This document shows, piece after piece, positions 1 through 13,000 of a stretch of DNA of 64,000 nt. Every line of letters starts with the position of its first letter. The stretch's first letter is position 1. The position numbers and the translations under genes are program-made. The notes beneath the pieces were generated by a model. It made no database searches. It saw only the letters and a list, made by a program, of their open reading frames with translations, and was not told the DNA's origin. Origin of the DNA: Corallochytrium limacisporum Hawaii (Eukaryota; Protista; Pluriformea); contig PDIP01000032.1 in assembly GCA_002811645.1 (NCBI GenBank), positions 356,120 to 420,119 on the forward strand, in the 5' to 3' direction.

Positions 1-3000
1 GGTAGTGTGTCTCAGTGTCACTTAAGGATGGTGGACCTTGTTAATGCTCTACGGGAAGGGGGGGGGTGTCGGTTAGATTTGTTAGCATGTCCCAAAACGT
101 GTGATGATGATTGCAATGACACCGTACAGGATGAATGATAAATGGCAGTGGTGATGTTGGTATTGATTTGTTGAATTGCTTCGAGGTCGCAGTCCATCCT
201 TCACGGTGATCTGACACACCCGTCCGCGCAGTGATCCATCGCTCCGGCGACCACGTCCTAACGTTCACTATGGAATTCTGACGGAGAAGAAAATGAAAGC
301 CAAAAAATGAAATCTTTTGTTCCAGGCGAGAGCAGGTGAAGCAAGATCGAAGGTATTAACAGTGAAACAGGCTTAAAGCCCAGAGGTGTGGCAGTTACAG
401 AGGTACCAAGCATTAGTAGAACGACAATCTCATGGTACCCTCTCATCTTTTTCATTTGCATACGAACTATATAGACTTTTTAGCACACCGGGATCATGAA
501 TGACATCATTTATAGAAACAACTACACGTTTCCGCCGGTGTGATCGACAAATCAATGAATGCGATGAGATGAACAGGAACCAATGATGTGAAAATATTGT
601 GACCCTTTTGTACCAAATATGAATACGAAAAAGTATCAGACCTCTAAACCACACTGAGAAAAAAGGTGGGAATGTGGCTACTGAAAACTCGGTCTTGTGT
701 AGGGCACTTGTGGAAACTGTTTGGACTCTCGGTGGTTTCGTCCTGGTCGGGGTTGCAGTGAAGGCAACCATTGATTCGATACTAAGACTTCGACTAAAAC
801 TTTTCTAAAGTTGATCCAGCAATGAGCACCTATCCAAAGACGATGGTTAGAACGACTTTGGACAAGGCATTTTTGCAAAATACAATTGTGGCCGAAGAAA
901 AGCGAGAATACAACAAATGGCAGTGCGTGCGTGAGCAAAGTTTTCGTCCACACCCATCTCACACACACACACACTGCCACCATGTTTTTTATTCTAATGG
1001 TTGTGGTGTCTTTGGTTCTTCTCTCTCCGATAGTTAATACGTCACGCAGCCAATGAGGTGGCTGAGAACGGCAAGAGCCAGCGCAAATGTGGTGTGTTCT
1101 TATGGTGAAAAGCACCACAACACTCTCACACACAAACACATGTAGAACTTGCCATGAGGGCGCGGGACACAGTTACAGTAAGACGGTCTGCTCACTGCCA
1201 TCCAATTGGCGGACTGTTAGCATGGCAAAGAGCTGCCCACAAACAAACAGATGATAGTATACATTGTCGATAAGTTGGTATGGTGGTTTATAGTGGGTGG
1301 ATATTCATGTTCCAAAGTTCCAAAGCATTGAACGAGGACGTCATCGGAGTCAACAAACAATGCACAATCTCCTCTCCTCCAGACATTCCTCTTGTGTGTA
1401 TGGAAAACCGTTCGTTCCGTGGTGATGTCCCTACGGGTGAGAGTTCGCTGGAATGCCCAATATCCACGGCCAGTGTACTGCAGATATGTTGTAGGTCGCT
1501 CTGGTGTGGCCGCCCTCATTGTGGAGATCCTGTACGGGATTTTGCGTTTTGAGACAATGGCTGCTTACAACGACTCCTGGTTCTCCTGTCTACCACCCCC
1601 ACAGAAATTGGAACGGGATCGGCTGTCAAAGAGAATTTAGAGTCTCGTATGCGGGTCCGGCATATGAATAACACGTTCGATGTGTGCTTCCAAGACGAGC
1701 AACGGAACGAAGGGAGTTGGGTTCTCCCGGGATTGTACGCCCCGGGTCTCCCGCAGCAGTTCGCTTATCGAGCTAATTCTTTGACACGAACCCCATCCAC
1801 CTACTCTGTACTCCGACGATAACACACGCACGGTGGGACAATAGCGCAGTCATTTGCTGCGAATCGCAACGTATGCAACGCATAACCGTTGAACCGCAAC
1901 GAGAACGAGCGAAGAAGATTCCTTGGTTCGGTGAAGATCTGTCCGAATTCTGGCTACACTGGTCTTGGCGATAACTTCCTGATCCGAGAAATGCTAAACA
2001 AGCACATGGCCTAAAATGTCGAGAGGGGGTGTGGATGCCCACTTACATTGGCTTTTTGGGTTAAAAGGGAGGGTATCGGGTAAACAAAAAAAAATCATCC
2101 CAGCATCCTTTTTGTGCAAAATGTGCCGCAAGAATTCGAAGCCGAGAAAAGCAAGGAACACCCTCAACCCAAACTCTTCTTCCTCTTTGACGTAGAACCC
2201 GCCGAAAGGTCCTCGAAACGACGAACCAGACACACTCCCGTTCCATTTTGTCCCGTGATGTCCAACTGAAGCGCTTTAAATTTGACAGCCCAGCCACAAC
2301 GCAAGGAATACCTAGGTGCATTTAAGCATTGCAGCCCTTCGTATCAAAGTACACAATTGGCCGCGATCTCTGGCTGGGAATAGCCAGGAGCAGGGAGAAA
2401 GCTTCAAACCAGAGCACTTCTGCGTGGGAATGGCACCAGTGATTGTATTGAGCAGAATTTTGTTAGCCAACAAAGTGTTTGCACACCACCACCAACCGCA
2501 CAGTTCACCTCTGTGGCTACATTAGTACTCTGGCTTCTGAATTTCCTTACACCGGAACCATAGCCTCGCGTAAATATTGTACAGGAAAACTGAACAAGAT
2601 CGAAAATTCTTTTGTTGGAGATGCCGGGATACTGCGAGCGGAAAGGCAAGCATTCTGTGATCACAACAGAGCACCGTAGAGTACTAGGTGCTTGTACAAA
2701 CCTTGCGTAATGTTTTCTGGAGATTCCGGGCTGCCTGACAGCGGGGGACGGAGAGTGTGGCGAGGTAGGCGAATTGAGCAAGCTCAGGGACTCCTACTCA
2801 CCTAGGAAGCGATTGCTATCCAAGCAAAGTGCAATAATCACAGATAAGCTACTCTTAGTTTCTATCTTCTTCCGGGTTCCTTGAGCGCCCAGTTGGAACA
2901 CCAAAATTCGTTGTATCCCTCCGGTTTGGATGGCAGCAGTGGTGCATTGGGCTGGTGCCGGGGAGTATGGGGACGGATTGACCGAACGTTGGGGATTGGG

Positions 3001-5899
3001 TCGTAAGCACGCGATACGGTTGTATCTTTTTGGGCCAAGGAATTATGCTGTGTCGTTTATTTAATACTCAACATATGGGAAAATGTATGGATAAACCTGA
3101 TGACTAGACTCATTCTTTGGGGCACCGGAAATTCAAGCAGCGGGCCGCCCTTCTGCGGGTCGGAAGCGAGCAAGCGAAATATCTCTTCGGTCTTACCGCT
3201 TTCTTCAATCTATGCCTCAGTATGGAAAGGTGTGATAGTGTCACACCAGATACAGATTGCATCAGATAATTTGGAGAAGTCATCAATAAAAAATCTTTCG
3301 AAAACACCACTTCTTCCTTTCCATTGACTTTGTACTCGACGCAGTGATTCCGGAGGCACCCAATTGCTCCGCAGGAGTGATGCTCCCGCGGGAAGTGACA
3401 CAAACTAAGGCAGTTCGTTTCTTTGAAACCCCGTGCCAATAGCCAAAGTACCGTTGAATTGTTTCATGGCCGAGCAACACAACTTAGGGTTTTTGTGGAA
3501 GTCCAGCACCAGAACCAAATAAAGACTACTCCTTAGCATTGTTCGGAAACATGTGATATCGCTCTACCGTTATACATTTCACACATCAATCCAGTGACCT
3601 GTGCATGTTCTTCCATGTATGCGCTCTCTCACTTAACATGCTCAAACCTGTTTAAATCCATCAGTGGTCCACTTCAAGGTATCAGTATCGTTGCTCATGT
3701 TCCTTGTGCGTTGTCATTCGGTGGCACAATCTGCCATCACATCACCATCTACTTGTATCTCTTTCTCTGTAGAACTTAGAGGAAAGGCGAAATGAGTTCC
3801 TCTACTGGTACCATTATTCCACCATGAACAAGAAAGTCCATAGAACAGAACCCAGGGAGAGGGTGTCTTCGGTATTCGATTTTCAAAACAAAAGTGGCAT
3901 TGTGTTTCCTGCATTAGGCGTGATCCTGATGAAGATGACGATGATCAACAGGAGCAAGCACGACTGCACTTTGTGACCTATATGTGTGCGGCTGAGGATA
4001 AACACTGTTTTCAAATCCGGACTTGGACTTGGTCGGGCACCGCCATTTTTTTCTAACAAGCGCATTTGAGCAGTCCACACGGTTATTCTAAGTCCTAACG
4101 TGCACCATGTGGAGATTCTCTCCCTCTCTCTTGTAAGAAAGAATTGGTAGCAGAACCGGTTTTTACCCGGTGGATTCTCACATGCAATTTAATTCGCAGG
4201 GGGTTGTACATGTACCCTCATATCAATTCGACCTGCTATGCAGTACAGTTTCCGAATACTCCGGATCGTGTTGTATTGATCAGTAGGTCATGCACTACTC
4301 CGCACCAAGCATGCTCGATCCGTCAACACGGGATTGATCGATACTGAAATAAACCGTCGGGAAAGTGTGCGTGTGCGATGTGTCGAGTTGACTGGGTCTC
4401 CGCCCTGGCGGGTAACCAGTTCGGACTCTGATCCCTCGACAGCTGCGAGCCCCGCCTAAACACAGAGAGTTTTTGTTTGCCATTATGTCCATTGGCGGAT
4501 CGGGGATGGATGATATCCTTTCATTCCATGACTACAAACGACCCACTCATTTGGCATGCCGCAACTGTGCCATAATTACTCCCTGTTCGCCGTTTCCTAT
4601 ACTTACACTACCGGTAGAGCGTGTGCAGTGAGGTCGCTTTATGTGAGAACTATGCACAGGAATCCTATTGTACCATATCCTCCATACGCTATATCGCACA
4701 ACAATGATCGGGTCTAAGACCTATTGACAGACCAACTGCGGTATATTGTCAATGGAAAAAATCTTTTTCAGTTGTTGTCCTGGCAAAATGAAAGGAGAGC
4801 CACTTGGAGACAGCGGGTCGAGTTCGGACTATTACGAACGGCAACAGTACCCGCGTTTCTCGCTTAGTGCATTAACGACCCGGTAACTTCTCTCTGCGCA
4901 GTACCCTGGCTATATACGTACCCCTTCTCTCTTGCGCGACACTGGTCCGTCAAGAACACCACCCAGCCTAGTCCAAACCCGGTCATTTCAGCACCGAGCA
5001 AATTACAAAACGCCATGAAAAAAACACCATGACAAACCCAGAGAATCCATGGGCCAAGTCGTCAAACTGTGCTCCACGGGCAATGTTTGGTGTCAAAGTA
5101 CAAGGAAAGCGATCGGAGCCCTCCCCAATGATTGGTTCGTTCAGTATGGAATGCATCCACATACGTCGTTTCGGCGCAATTGGTACGTCACTGGACCAGT
5201 GAAGGTGAGATGCAGAGAGGGAAAAAAAAAAGAACGGAAGGAAATGCATAGAAAAACAATCGACTGAGAATTCGGATATGAGACGGTCCGAGTTTTCCTG
5301 CTCTGGGCCTCGTTGAGAGGATGGATCCTGAGATGAAGTTTTCTATAATGAATGAATTGCATTCCCACAGCACTCCCGACCTCGTCCGACTGCTCATCAT
5401 CCCATTCGCGTTCACAGGCCATGCTCCTCCTCAAACAGGCTTCCATGATATCTTTTTGCAGCCCCCCAGCCGGCCCGCTCCGAGGTGCAGTACATTCACT
5501 ACTGGGGCCGGGGTCCAATTGATTGACGGAGAAGACTGGGGGGTTGGGGGATTGGGATGGGGCTGGGGGAAGGCGGCGGCTTACAGTCCGTCGCTTCGAT
5601 TCCGGCCCCGACAGACTCGCAAAATTTAAAATGTCTTCCTCGGTCTAAAAATAACCCCGAAAGCAGTACTACATTACTACTGCAGGTGATTTTGCAAAAC
5701 GAGGCAGGGTACATGCCTGGGGCAGCACAAGCGTCGAGGTTTCTCCCCAACCTTTTTCATCGTTCCCCCCCCCCTTCTTGGGGAGCAACAGGGAAAGGAG
5801 ACTACCATTCCATCAAAAACACCGATGGTTTGCCGTTGCACCTGCTAATAGTTCCACTACTATGCAACCGCCGGCTCAAGAAGACATCCCCCTGCCCCC

Positions 5900-6237
5900 N
5901 NNNNNNNNNNNNNNNNNNNNNNNNNNNNNNNNNNNNNNNNNNNNNNNNNNNNNNNNNNNNNNNNNNNNNNNNNNNNNNNNNNNNNNNNNNNNNNNNNNNN
6001 NNNNNNNNNNNNNNNNNNNNNNNNNNNNNNNNNNNNNNNNNNNNNNNNNNNNNNNNNNNNNNNNNNNNNNNNNNNNNNNNNNNNNNNNNNNNNNNNNNNN
6101 NNNNNNNNNNNNNNNNNNNNNNNNNNNNNNNNNNNNNNNNNNNNNNNNNNNNNNNNNNNNNNNNNNNNNNNNNNNNNNNNNNNNNNNNNNNNNNNNNNNN
6201 NNNNNNNNNNNNNNNNNNNNNNNNNNNNNNNNNNNNN
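5900..6237. other. Assembly gap (N run)
   Basis: N run flanked by C runs. Confidence 1.
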
Positions 6238-7104
6238 CCCTCCCCCCCGGGGGGGGACGGCAGCACGTCCAGGGAACAACCGGGATCTTTTGCCAAGCGC
6301 CCTTGGGTGTGTTCCAGTAGGTTGCAACTGAGCAACTGAAGCGCGGATGATGAAGGAATGCAGGTTGGTGCTTACCGATTGCCGCCCAACGTGAAATGGG
6401 GAAGAAACACAAACGTAAACACCGGCAAACTGAAGCGGCCAGAGACGCGAGAAGGAAGTGCCATGGAATGTTACAACGTAGTAAACTAACGTAGTTGTGA
6501 AAGGGCGGCGGTGGTGATAAGCTGAGATCCACGAATGTTCCGAACGGTCTGAACACTCGAGATTCATTATTGACCAAGTACGGTTTGCATAAACGCAATG
6601 ATGGGGTGAGTACGGTCGGGATCAATGCCTACAAAACCCACGGCAAGGCGGTCAACAAGAAAAGTAAAACAGGTTTGGGGGATTTGGGGGAAGGGGCGGG
6701 AGGGGCGGGGCGCGACTCCGTTCTACGCCCACATGGACCTAGCGCACCGACCGCCGACTCGCTGGTGTGGTGGTGCACAATGGCCAGTGCGCGAATGACC
6801 ATTAAAGCCGGTTGTCGCAGAGCGTGTATAGGGGAATTGGAGGAAAACGGGAAGGTGGGGGGGTAGTGGTGAAGCCGACAGAGAGAAACGAAAATTTCTT
6901 CATTGTGCGTGTGGTTGTTTGACTACTGAAATGTGTGAGAGTCAGACGTAATGTAGATTAGCCATTGTGCAACAAAACATTCGAAGTGTGTGGTGCTGGT
7001 CCTGTTCATACATTTATTATGGGAATGACGGTGTCACGCTATTGCAGACGAGCTAAAAAATCTTTTCTTCTCGTGCTGGATTCGTCCCTCACCGTGGTGT
7101 TTGC

Positions 7105-7675
7105 GCTGGATACATCATTCTGAGGCTGCGTCACCAAAGCTGATCACTCAGCTCCGGGCTGCCTGGGTCTGCACAATGATTTCCGATGGGCACTGGCATG
7201 TCGTGGATGTTGCATAGTACTAGGCTATACCATGTTGATGAGCAAGGCTTTGGCGATGCAGGATGTATCATTCCCATACTGAGTCAGCCCAGCTGATTCA
7301 CCTGCTGCGGTCTGCTTGGGGCAACACAATGATTTCCGGTCGGCACCGGGATATCGCTGATGATGCATGTTACCAGGATATGGCATGTTTGATGAACGTA
7401 CCTCTTGGAATGCAGGATGCCGGACACACAAATACGGTCAAATGTTGATGAACATGGCTTTTGCGGTACAGGCTGCATCATTCACACATTAGAGTCAGAC
7501 AAGCTGATGGACTGCTCTGGTCTGATATGGGCATCATAATAACCTCCTGGAGAGCACGGGCTATCATAGATGGTACATGGTACTAGGCCGTATCATGGTG
7601 ATGAACATGGTTCTAGTGATACCGCATGTACCATTCATTTATTGAGTCAGACAAGCTGATTACCAGTTGTGGTCT
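7105..7675. repeat. Degenerate tandem repeat, unit about 153 bp, about 3.5 copies
   Basis: AGCTGAT anchors at 7138, 7291, 7502, 7654; CACAATGATTTCCG at 7172 and 7325; GAGTCAGACAAGCTGAT twice; GTACTAGGC at 7217 and 7580. Confidence 0.8.
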
Positions 7676-7931
7676 GATGCGACCTCAAATCCGTTTTCAG
7701 ATGTACGAATGCCTCAGATGACGCCTAGAAATGCCGACAGGCTCTTGACACGCAATGTCTTAGTTGATCTTGGTGATGATTGCAATTTGTAGCTTTGGTG
7801 ATCACGGCAGCTCAAGTCAAGTTCTTTGCCGCAATCGTTAACCCCATGGACGAGGTGTACGTAGACTCGGGATGTCTCTGTCACGGGGGCCAAAATACGA
7901 TAATTTAATTGGTAGAAAATAAAGAATCAAA

Positions 7932-8322
7932 NNNNNNNNNNNNNNNNNNNNNNNNNNNNNNNNNNNNNNNNNNNNNNNNNNNNNNNNNNNNNNNNNNNNN
8001 NNNNNNNNNNNNNNNNNNNNNNNNNNNNNNNNNNNNNNNNNNNNNNNNNNNNNNNNNNNNNNNNNNNNNNNNNNNNNNNNNNNNNNNNNNNNNNNNNNNN
8101 NNNNNNNNNNNNNNNNNNNNNNNNNNNNNNNNNNNNNNNNNNNNNNNNNNNNNNNNNNNNNNNNNNNNNNNNNNNNNNNNNNNNNNNNNNNNNNNNNNNN
8201 NNNNNNNNNNNNNNNNNNNNNNNNNNNNNNNNNNNNNNNNNNNNNNNNNNNNNNNNNNNNNNNNNNNNNNNNNNNNNNNNNNNNNNNNNNNNNNNNNNNN
8301 NNNNNNNNNNNNNNNNNNNNNN
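7932..8322. other. Assembly gap (N run)
   Basis: N run. Confidence 1.
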
Positions 8323-8699
8323 ACTGCCACACAGCTGGTAGAGACGGCTCCTGCCCGCCACCCTATGGGACTGTGCACCGAAGAAACCAAAACTTCAGAT
8401 GGCAAAGGAGAAGTCTGTGTGGTGTGGAACAGATAGTGCTTAGAAACAGGTCAAGGAACGTAGTAGATTACTTGTCGCAAGTGTGGCAGAAAGGTATTTA
8501 AGAGATAGCAGAGGCAGGGTATATCTGAGGTTAGTGATCATTCAGTAGACGCTGGTGCAAGTGTGTTGAATGTGTTGTTCAGAAATGTGACTTGGTTCGC
8601 CGCGAGACACTTGGAAATGTAGGGTCACAAGACCAGTGTCGAAATGTAGGTGCATATTGCAAAGAATTTATACAGTTATACGCGTTCAAAGTATTCAAC

Positions 8700-9995
8700 A
8701 TGCCGACCAAGCGGTCGCTGATCCAGCCCGGACGCATGAAGCGTCTGATGCAACTTGATGACGATGTCGGGAAGATTGCAAAGGACGGTCTTACGTATAG
8801 CACGATGGCTCTTGAAGTGTTCGCAAAGGGCCTAGTGAACGAGGCACTAGACGTTCTAAAAGCCCACGGTGGTAATACCTTAACAGCAAGCCACCTCAAG
8901 AAGGTAATCATGGCCCGAGATCGGTATGACTTTGTGACCAAGCACTGTCGGAAAGTTCCAGACGAGATCCCCGTAAAGGTCAGTGCGCGTCGCAGACAGA
9001 GTACTGCGATGGTACCAGGAAAACGGAGAGCATCTGAACGCTCCACACCGGGAGACGGTCCCTTAAGTAGTAACACGAACACTCCCACAAAAGCCTCACG
9101 GCTCTCCATTGAACACAAGACGGCAAACGTCGAGCGGGCGTCACCATCGGCGCAGCCAAGCGGGTCAGGGAGTGCTCCAGCACCACTGCCACCGCCTCAA
9201 CAGCAGCAGCAGCAGCAACAACAACAACAACAACAACAACAGCCTCCTCACCCACCACAAGCACAGTACCTTCCGGGACAATATCCTCCGTACGCTCAAC
9301 ATCCACAGCAGCCGTACGTGGAGCACCCGCAGCAGCCCGGTCAGGCACCACATCCGTACTATGCCCAGGCTCCGCAATACTACCAACCACCTCCCAATTG
9401 TCCACCGGAGCAATTGGCCATGTACGATCAGCACAATCGCATGGTTGAAGAATGGTATGCGTACCATCAGCAGCAGGCCCAGGCTTATCACACTGCTTCC
9501 CAGGGAGGACAGCAGCCACCGCCGTCAGGACAGTACCCTCCATACCAAGGGCAGCACCATCAGCCGCAGCAGTACTACCCTCCGCCCGCAGGGACAGGGC
9601 AGCAGGCGCAGCAGGGTGGTTACCCACCGTACCAGGGACCAGCATCAGGAGGACAAGGTGCACCTCCTCCGCCGCAACAGCAGACGTCGGCCGCGGCTGA
9701 TCCGTCCGCGCCTGCGCCCGAACCCAAACAAGAGGTCGTCGATGAGGAGAAGGCCGTACAGCCGACCAATGGAACTCAGCCACCACAGCGCCAGCCGACG
9801 CATCAGCAGCAAACCCCAACGTCTGCGCCAGCACAAGCACGGCAAGAAACACCACAACCACAGGGTCCTGAGGAGGATGAGGCAGCGAAGCTCGAGAAGC
9901 AGGCCCAGGAACTTGCCAAGATCACCGTCAACGCCTTAACCAAACGCCAAACGGTCAAGCAGGCTCAGGAAGATGACGACAGTGACTACGATTGA
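8700..9995 (+). CDS. DRAP1: Negative cofactor 2 alpha subunit (DRAP1/Bur6) histone-fold protein with long Q/P/Y/G-rich low-complexity C-terminal region
   Basis: Histone fold PGRMKRLMQLDDDVGKIA...ALEVF...TLTASHLKKVI...YDFV matches NC2-alpha. Acidic C-end EDDDSDYD resembles DRAP1. Start moved from the track's TTG (8592) to ATG 8700 (aacATG). Confidence 0.85.
   Translation: MPTKRSLIQPGRMKRLMQLDDDVGKIAKDGLTYSTMALEVFAKGLVNEALDVLKAHGGNTLTASHLKKVIMARDRYDFVTKHCRKVPDEIPVKVSARRRQSTAMVPGKRRASERSTPGDGPLSSNTNTPTKASRLSIEHKTANVERASPSAQPSGSGSAPAPLPPPQQQQQQQQQQQQQQQPPHPPQAQYLPGQYPPYAQHPQQPYVEHPQQPGQAPHPYYAQAPQYYQPPPNCPPEQLAMYDQHNRMVEEWYAYHQQQAQAYHTASQGGQQPPPSGQYPPYQGQHHQPQQYYPPPAGTGQQAQQGGYPPYQGPASGGQGAPPPPQQQTSAAADPSAPAPEPKQEVVDEEKAVQPTNGTQPPQRQPTHQQQTPTSAPAQARQETPQPQGPEEDEAAKLEKQAQELAKITVNALTKRQTVKQAQEDDDSDYD
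9198..9242 (+). repeat. CAG/CAA polyglutamine tract (Q15)
   Basis: CAA(CAG)5(CAA)8CAG inside DRAP1. Confidence 0.95.
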
Positions 9996-10061
9996 AGAAC
10001 ACATCATTGCAAAATCGTTGTACAATAGACATATATGTATTCATAGTAATCAACAGACATG

Positions 10062-13000
10062 CTAGACAGTGTCCAGACTGCCACACTGGCACTTGCAGCC
10101 ACTGACAGGGCAAATGGTGTGACGGTCGAACCACTCTATGATGTGGCTCAGATGGCCTCCGTGGCGACAGTTCTGGCACCACGTGAACCACTGATCAAGA
10201 TCGCTCTCGAAGGCGAGCTGCGGATTGTGGAAGCCAAGACTGGCTTTTGTGCTGAACGCGCTCATGTGCAGGAGGCAGATACAACACCGCGGCAACGGTT
10301 TGTGGCAGTGGGGGCAAGACGAAAGCTTTGTGTGCGTACAGCGACGCGGATGGCCGCCCTCCGGGAAGATTTTCGTGCCGGAACCGCCAATACCAGCACT
10401 TCCTGCAGTCTGCGATGCGCGAATTGACATGGGAGTGTAAGCGCCAGCGGACCCTACAAGCATGCCATCCTCGCTCGGCGGAGACATGCCAGTCACTACG
10501 CCTGCGCTCTGGTCACCAGCACCACCGGAAACGTTCGTAGCTCCGCCCGCGTTGGTGGCCTTCAGTGGTGGTGCAGTATAGGCTTCGGCCGCGACGCTCT
10601 TACCGCAGAACGAGCAGCGCACAAGCAACTGCGGGCTGTGGCGATTAGTCGCACCAACAGCGACATCAAGCTTGGCACGGTCCAAGAATAGCGTCCAGCG
10701 ATTCAGCAGCTCACGGTACATGTCCATCCAGGTACGAACCTGAATTGACTCCAGCCAGGCCTGGTCCCTCCATTGCATGGCCAGGAGAGCCACTGTCTGA
10801 ACATCACTGGTCTGATCCATGTACTGTTGCATCAGATCAATGCCTTCCTGTGCCCATCCGGTAAGCATGAGCCCAGTCAGATTACCAGCCTTTATATACT
10901 TGGCCTGCTCCTTGAACATCCACAGTGCCAACTTCCGGTCATCCAAGAAACGAACAGCAATCCCAATGCGATCGGCAAGGTGAATGTTATCGTCCTCTAG
11001 CACATCCGCGAACTTGGCATCCTCACAGGTTAGGAAAGAAAAGGCGCCGCGGATGTAGGGGTCCTCAATTTCCCGAGAAATTGTCTTTGCATTGGTGATC
11101 CACATATTGGAGTGGCTGCTGTCGCTGGTACTGGCGCTGTATCCGGCAAGGGCAATGGCCATGATAGAGAACATGTGTTGCTGGTCGCCAGTGCGTGCAT
11201 CAGCCTCTTTCAGGACCTGGATAGCATAGTTTATGTCACTCTGCCAAATTGCCAGTGCAGCGGCTTGCTCATGACTCTTTGTGCGAGTATTGGCCACAAA
11301 GTCTGCGGGGTGAGGTCGCGGGACAGTACCGGAACGTAGTGGATCTGTACCCTTTGTTTGGGTCGATGGGCTAGCGGTTTGTTCATGACCGCTAAGGTCT
11401 CCCCGGTTTGAGAGAATCCTGTCCTTACCCCCCGTACCGGTGTCCGTGCTGCGGACAGAGGTGATCTCTGTGCCATCGTTGATGTCCAGGAAGTCCTCGG
11501 TATTATATAAGGATACATCGGAGCAGAGATCCCAGCCAATCATGCGGAGTACCAAAGACCTCTGGGGCGAAGTGTACACCGTAAAATTGAGGTCTTTGCT
11601 CAGCTCCGACCCACCGATGCTGCCTGTTCGCCTAGAATGGTTACCGGCGTCACTGCTACGTCGACTGTTGAGCTCCCGAACCTTTGGATTTACGGGCAAT
11701 TTCAGCTCTGTTGCCGCCGCAGCAATGTTCTCGTCACGTAGTAGACATGACACCGGGCCACCGAAAATGAGTCTCTCGGATTGCCGCTTCCTCGTTTGCT
11801 CAAGAGTCTCGTACTCTGACCGGTGATCGTCAGGTTCATCAGTGATAATCATGCGAATGAGATTCGCGGCCGCTGCTTCAAGGTTGGGGAGGCGCGCAAT
11901 CCAGCTCCACAGTTCACTCAACACCGGGCTTTGCTCATTCATTAAGATGGCATTTGTAGCTGCAGAAGCACCATATCCCTTTCGAGAACGCGTATTCATA
12001 ATCGCGCCAATGTCATTCGCCAGGTCTTCGATGCCCAATTTGTCCACTTCCATGGTCCGCAGGCGCCCAAAGTATGTGCTCAATCTCGTGTCTGCATTCC
12101 AAGCCATGGAAACTCGCGGCGCAACTTTCAAATCACAAAGCCTTCCCTCGCGGCTGAGTACGAGCACGGCACCTGAGCTGGTCCATGCCATAGATGCCGG
12201 GGCAAACGGTGGCATTCGAGTGGTCCATCGTCTTGTGACCGTAGCCTCTGCAAATGTTGAGTTCTGCATGGGATGCGTAGAGGGGTCATCAGATTCCACA
12301 AAAACAGTGCTGTTGGGTATCTGACTATCCGTCGGCCCGGTAGTCGGAGTGGAGTAGAAGTAGTTGAGGTCCCAAATCCGTGGGGTTGTGGCATCCTCAC
12401 CGAGTGTGGCCAGTTGCCCGCGGGAGTCTTTGCTTGATGAGTACGACAAAGCACGGATACGATGTCCGGTATTGAACTGCTGAATGGGTGCCGTGAGATT
12501 CCGCAGATCCCAGATCTTCACGACGGAATCTCCCATTGCATATGAAGCTAACCGGTGCTCATGATGCGGATCCATCGTCAATCCATTCACTGCCTTGGTG
12601 TTGACCGTAATGGCGCCCGATGGGTCTCGGAGATCGTAGACACGAATGTACCTGCCAGCCATACCTGCTGCCAATTTGTACATGGATGACGGGAACCATG
12701 CGAAGGAGACTACAGATTCACCGGCTGCCATCTCAGTGATCGGTTTGCGGTACAGATTCTGTTTGTGTCCCTGCACACTCACCTGCCATAGGCTGGTGAT
12801 CATGGCATTGGATCGGACCAATGCGTCACTCGATGCATCATCTTTCAGGTCGCTCACATCCTTGACCACACTTCGGGGATCTCTAGAAAGCTTGGATGTT
12901 CCTTCCTGGGATAGCAGACTTGTTACCTGCGTGCTTCCATCTGTCGCTGCCGATGAAATGGAAACGTTGGGGTCGCTGCCAGATGCCGATCCTGCAACTT

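Noticed and set aside
7105-7675. CRISPR-like array interpretation of the repeat
   Set aside because: Whole units are homologous, there are no unique spacers or cas genes, and the context is eukaryotic
5557-8436. ORFs spanning N-runs (also at about 19.8-20.4 kb and 55.5-56.0 kb)
   Set aside because: Open only because Ns contain no stop codons
8980-9939. Long alternative-frame and antisense ORFs over DRAP1
   Set aside because: Products of CAG/CAA-rich low-complexity coding sequence
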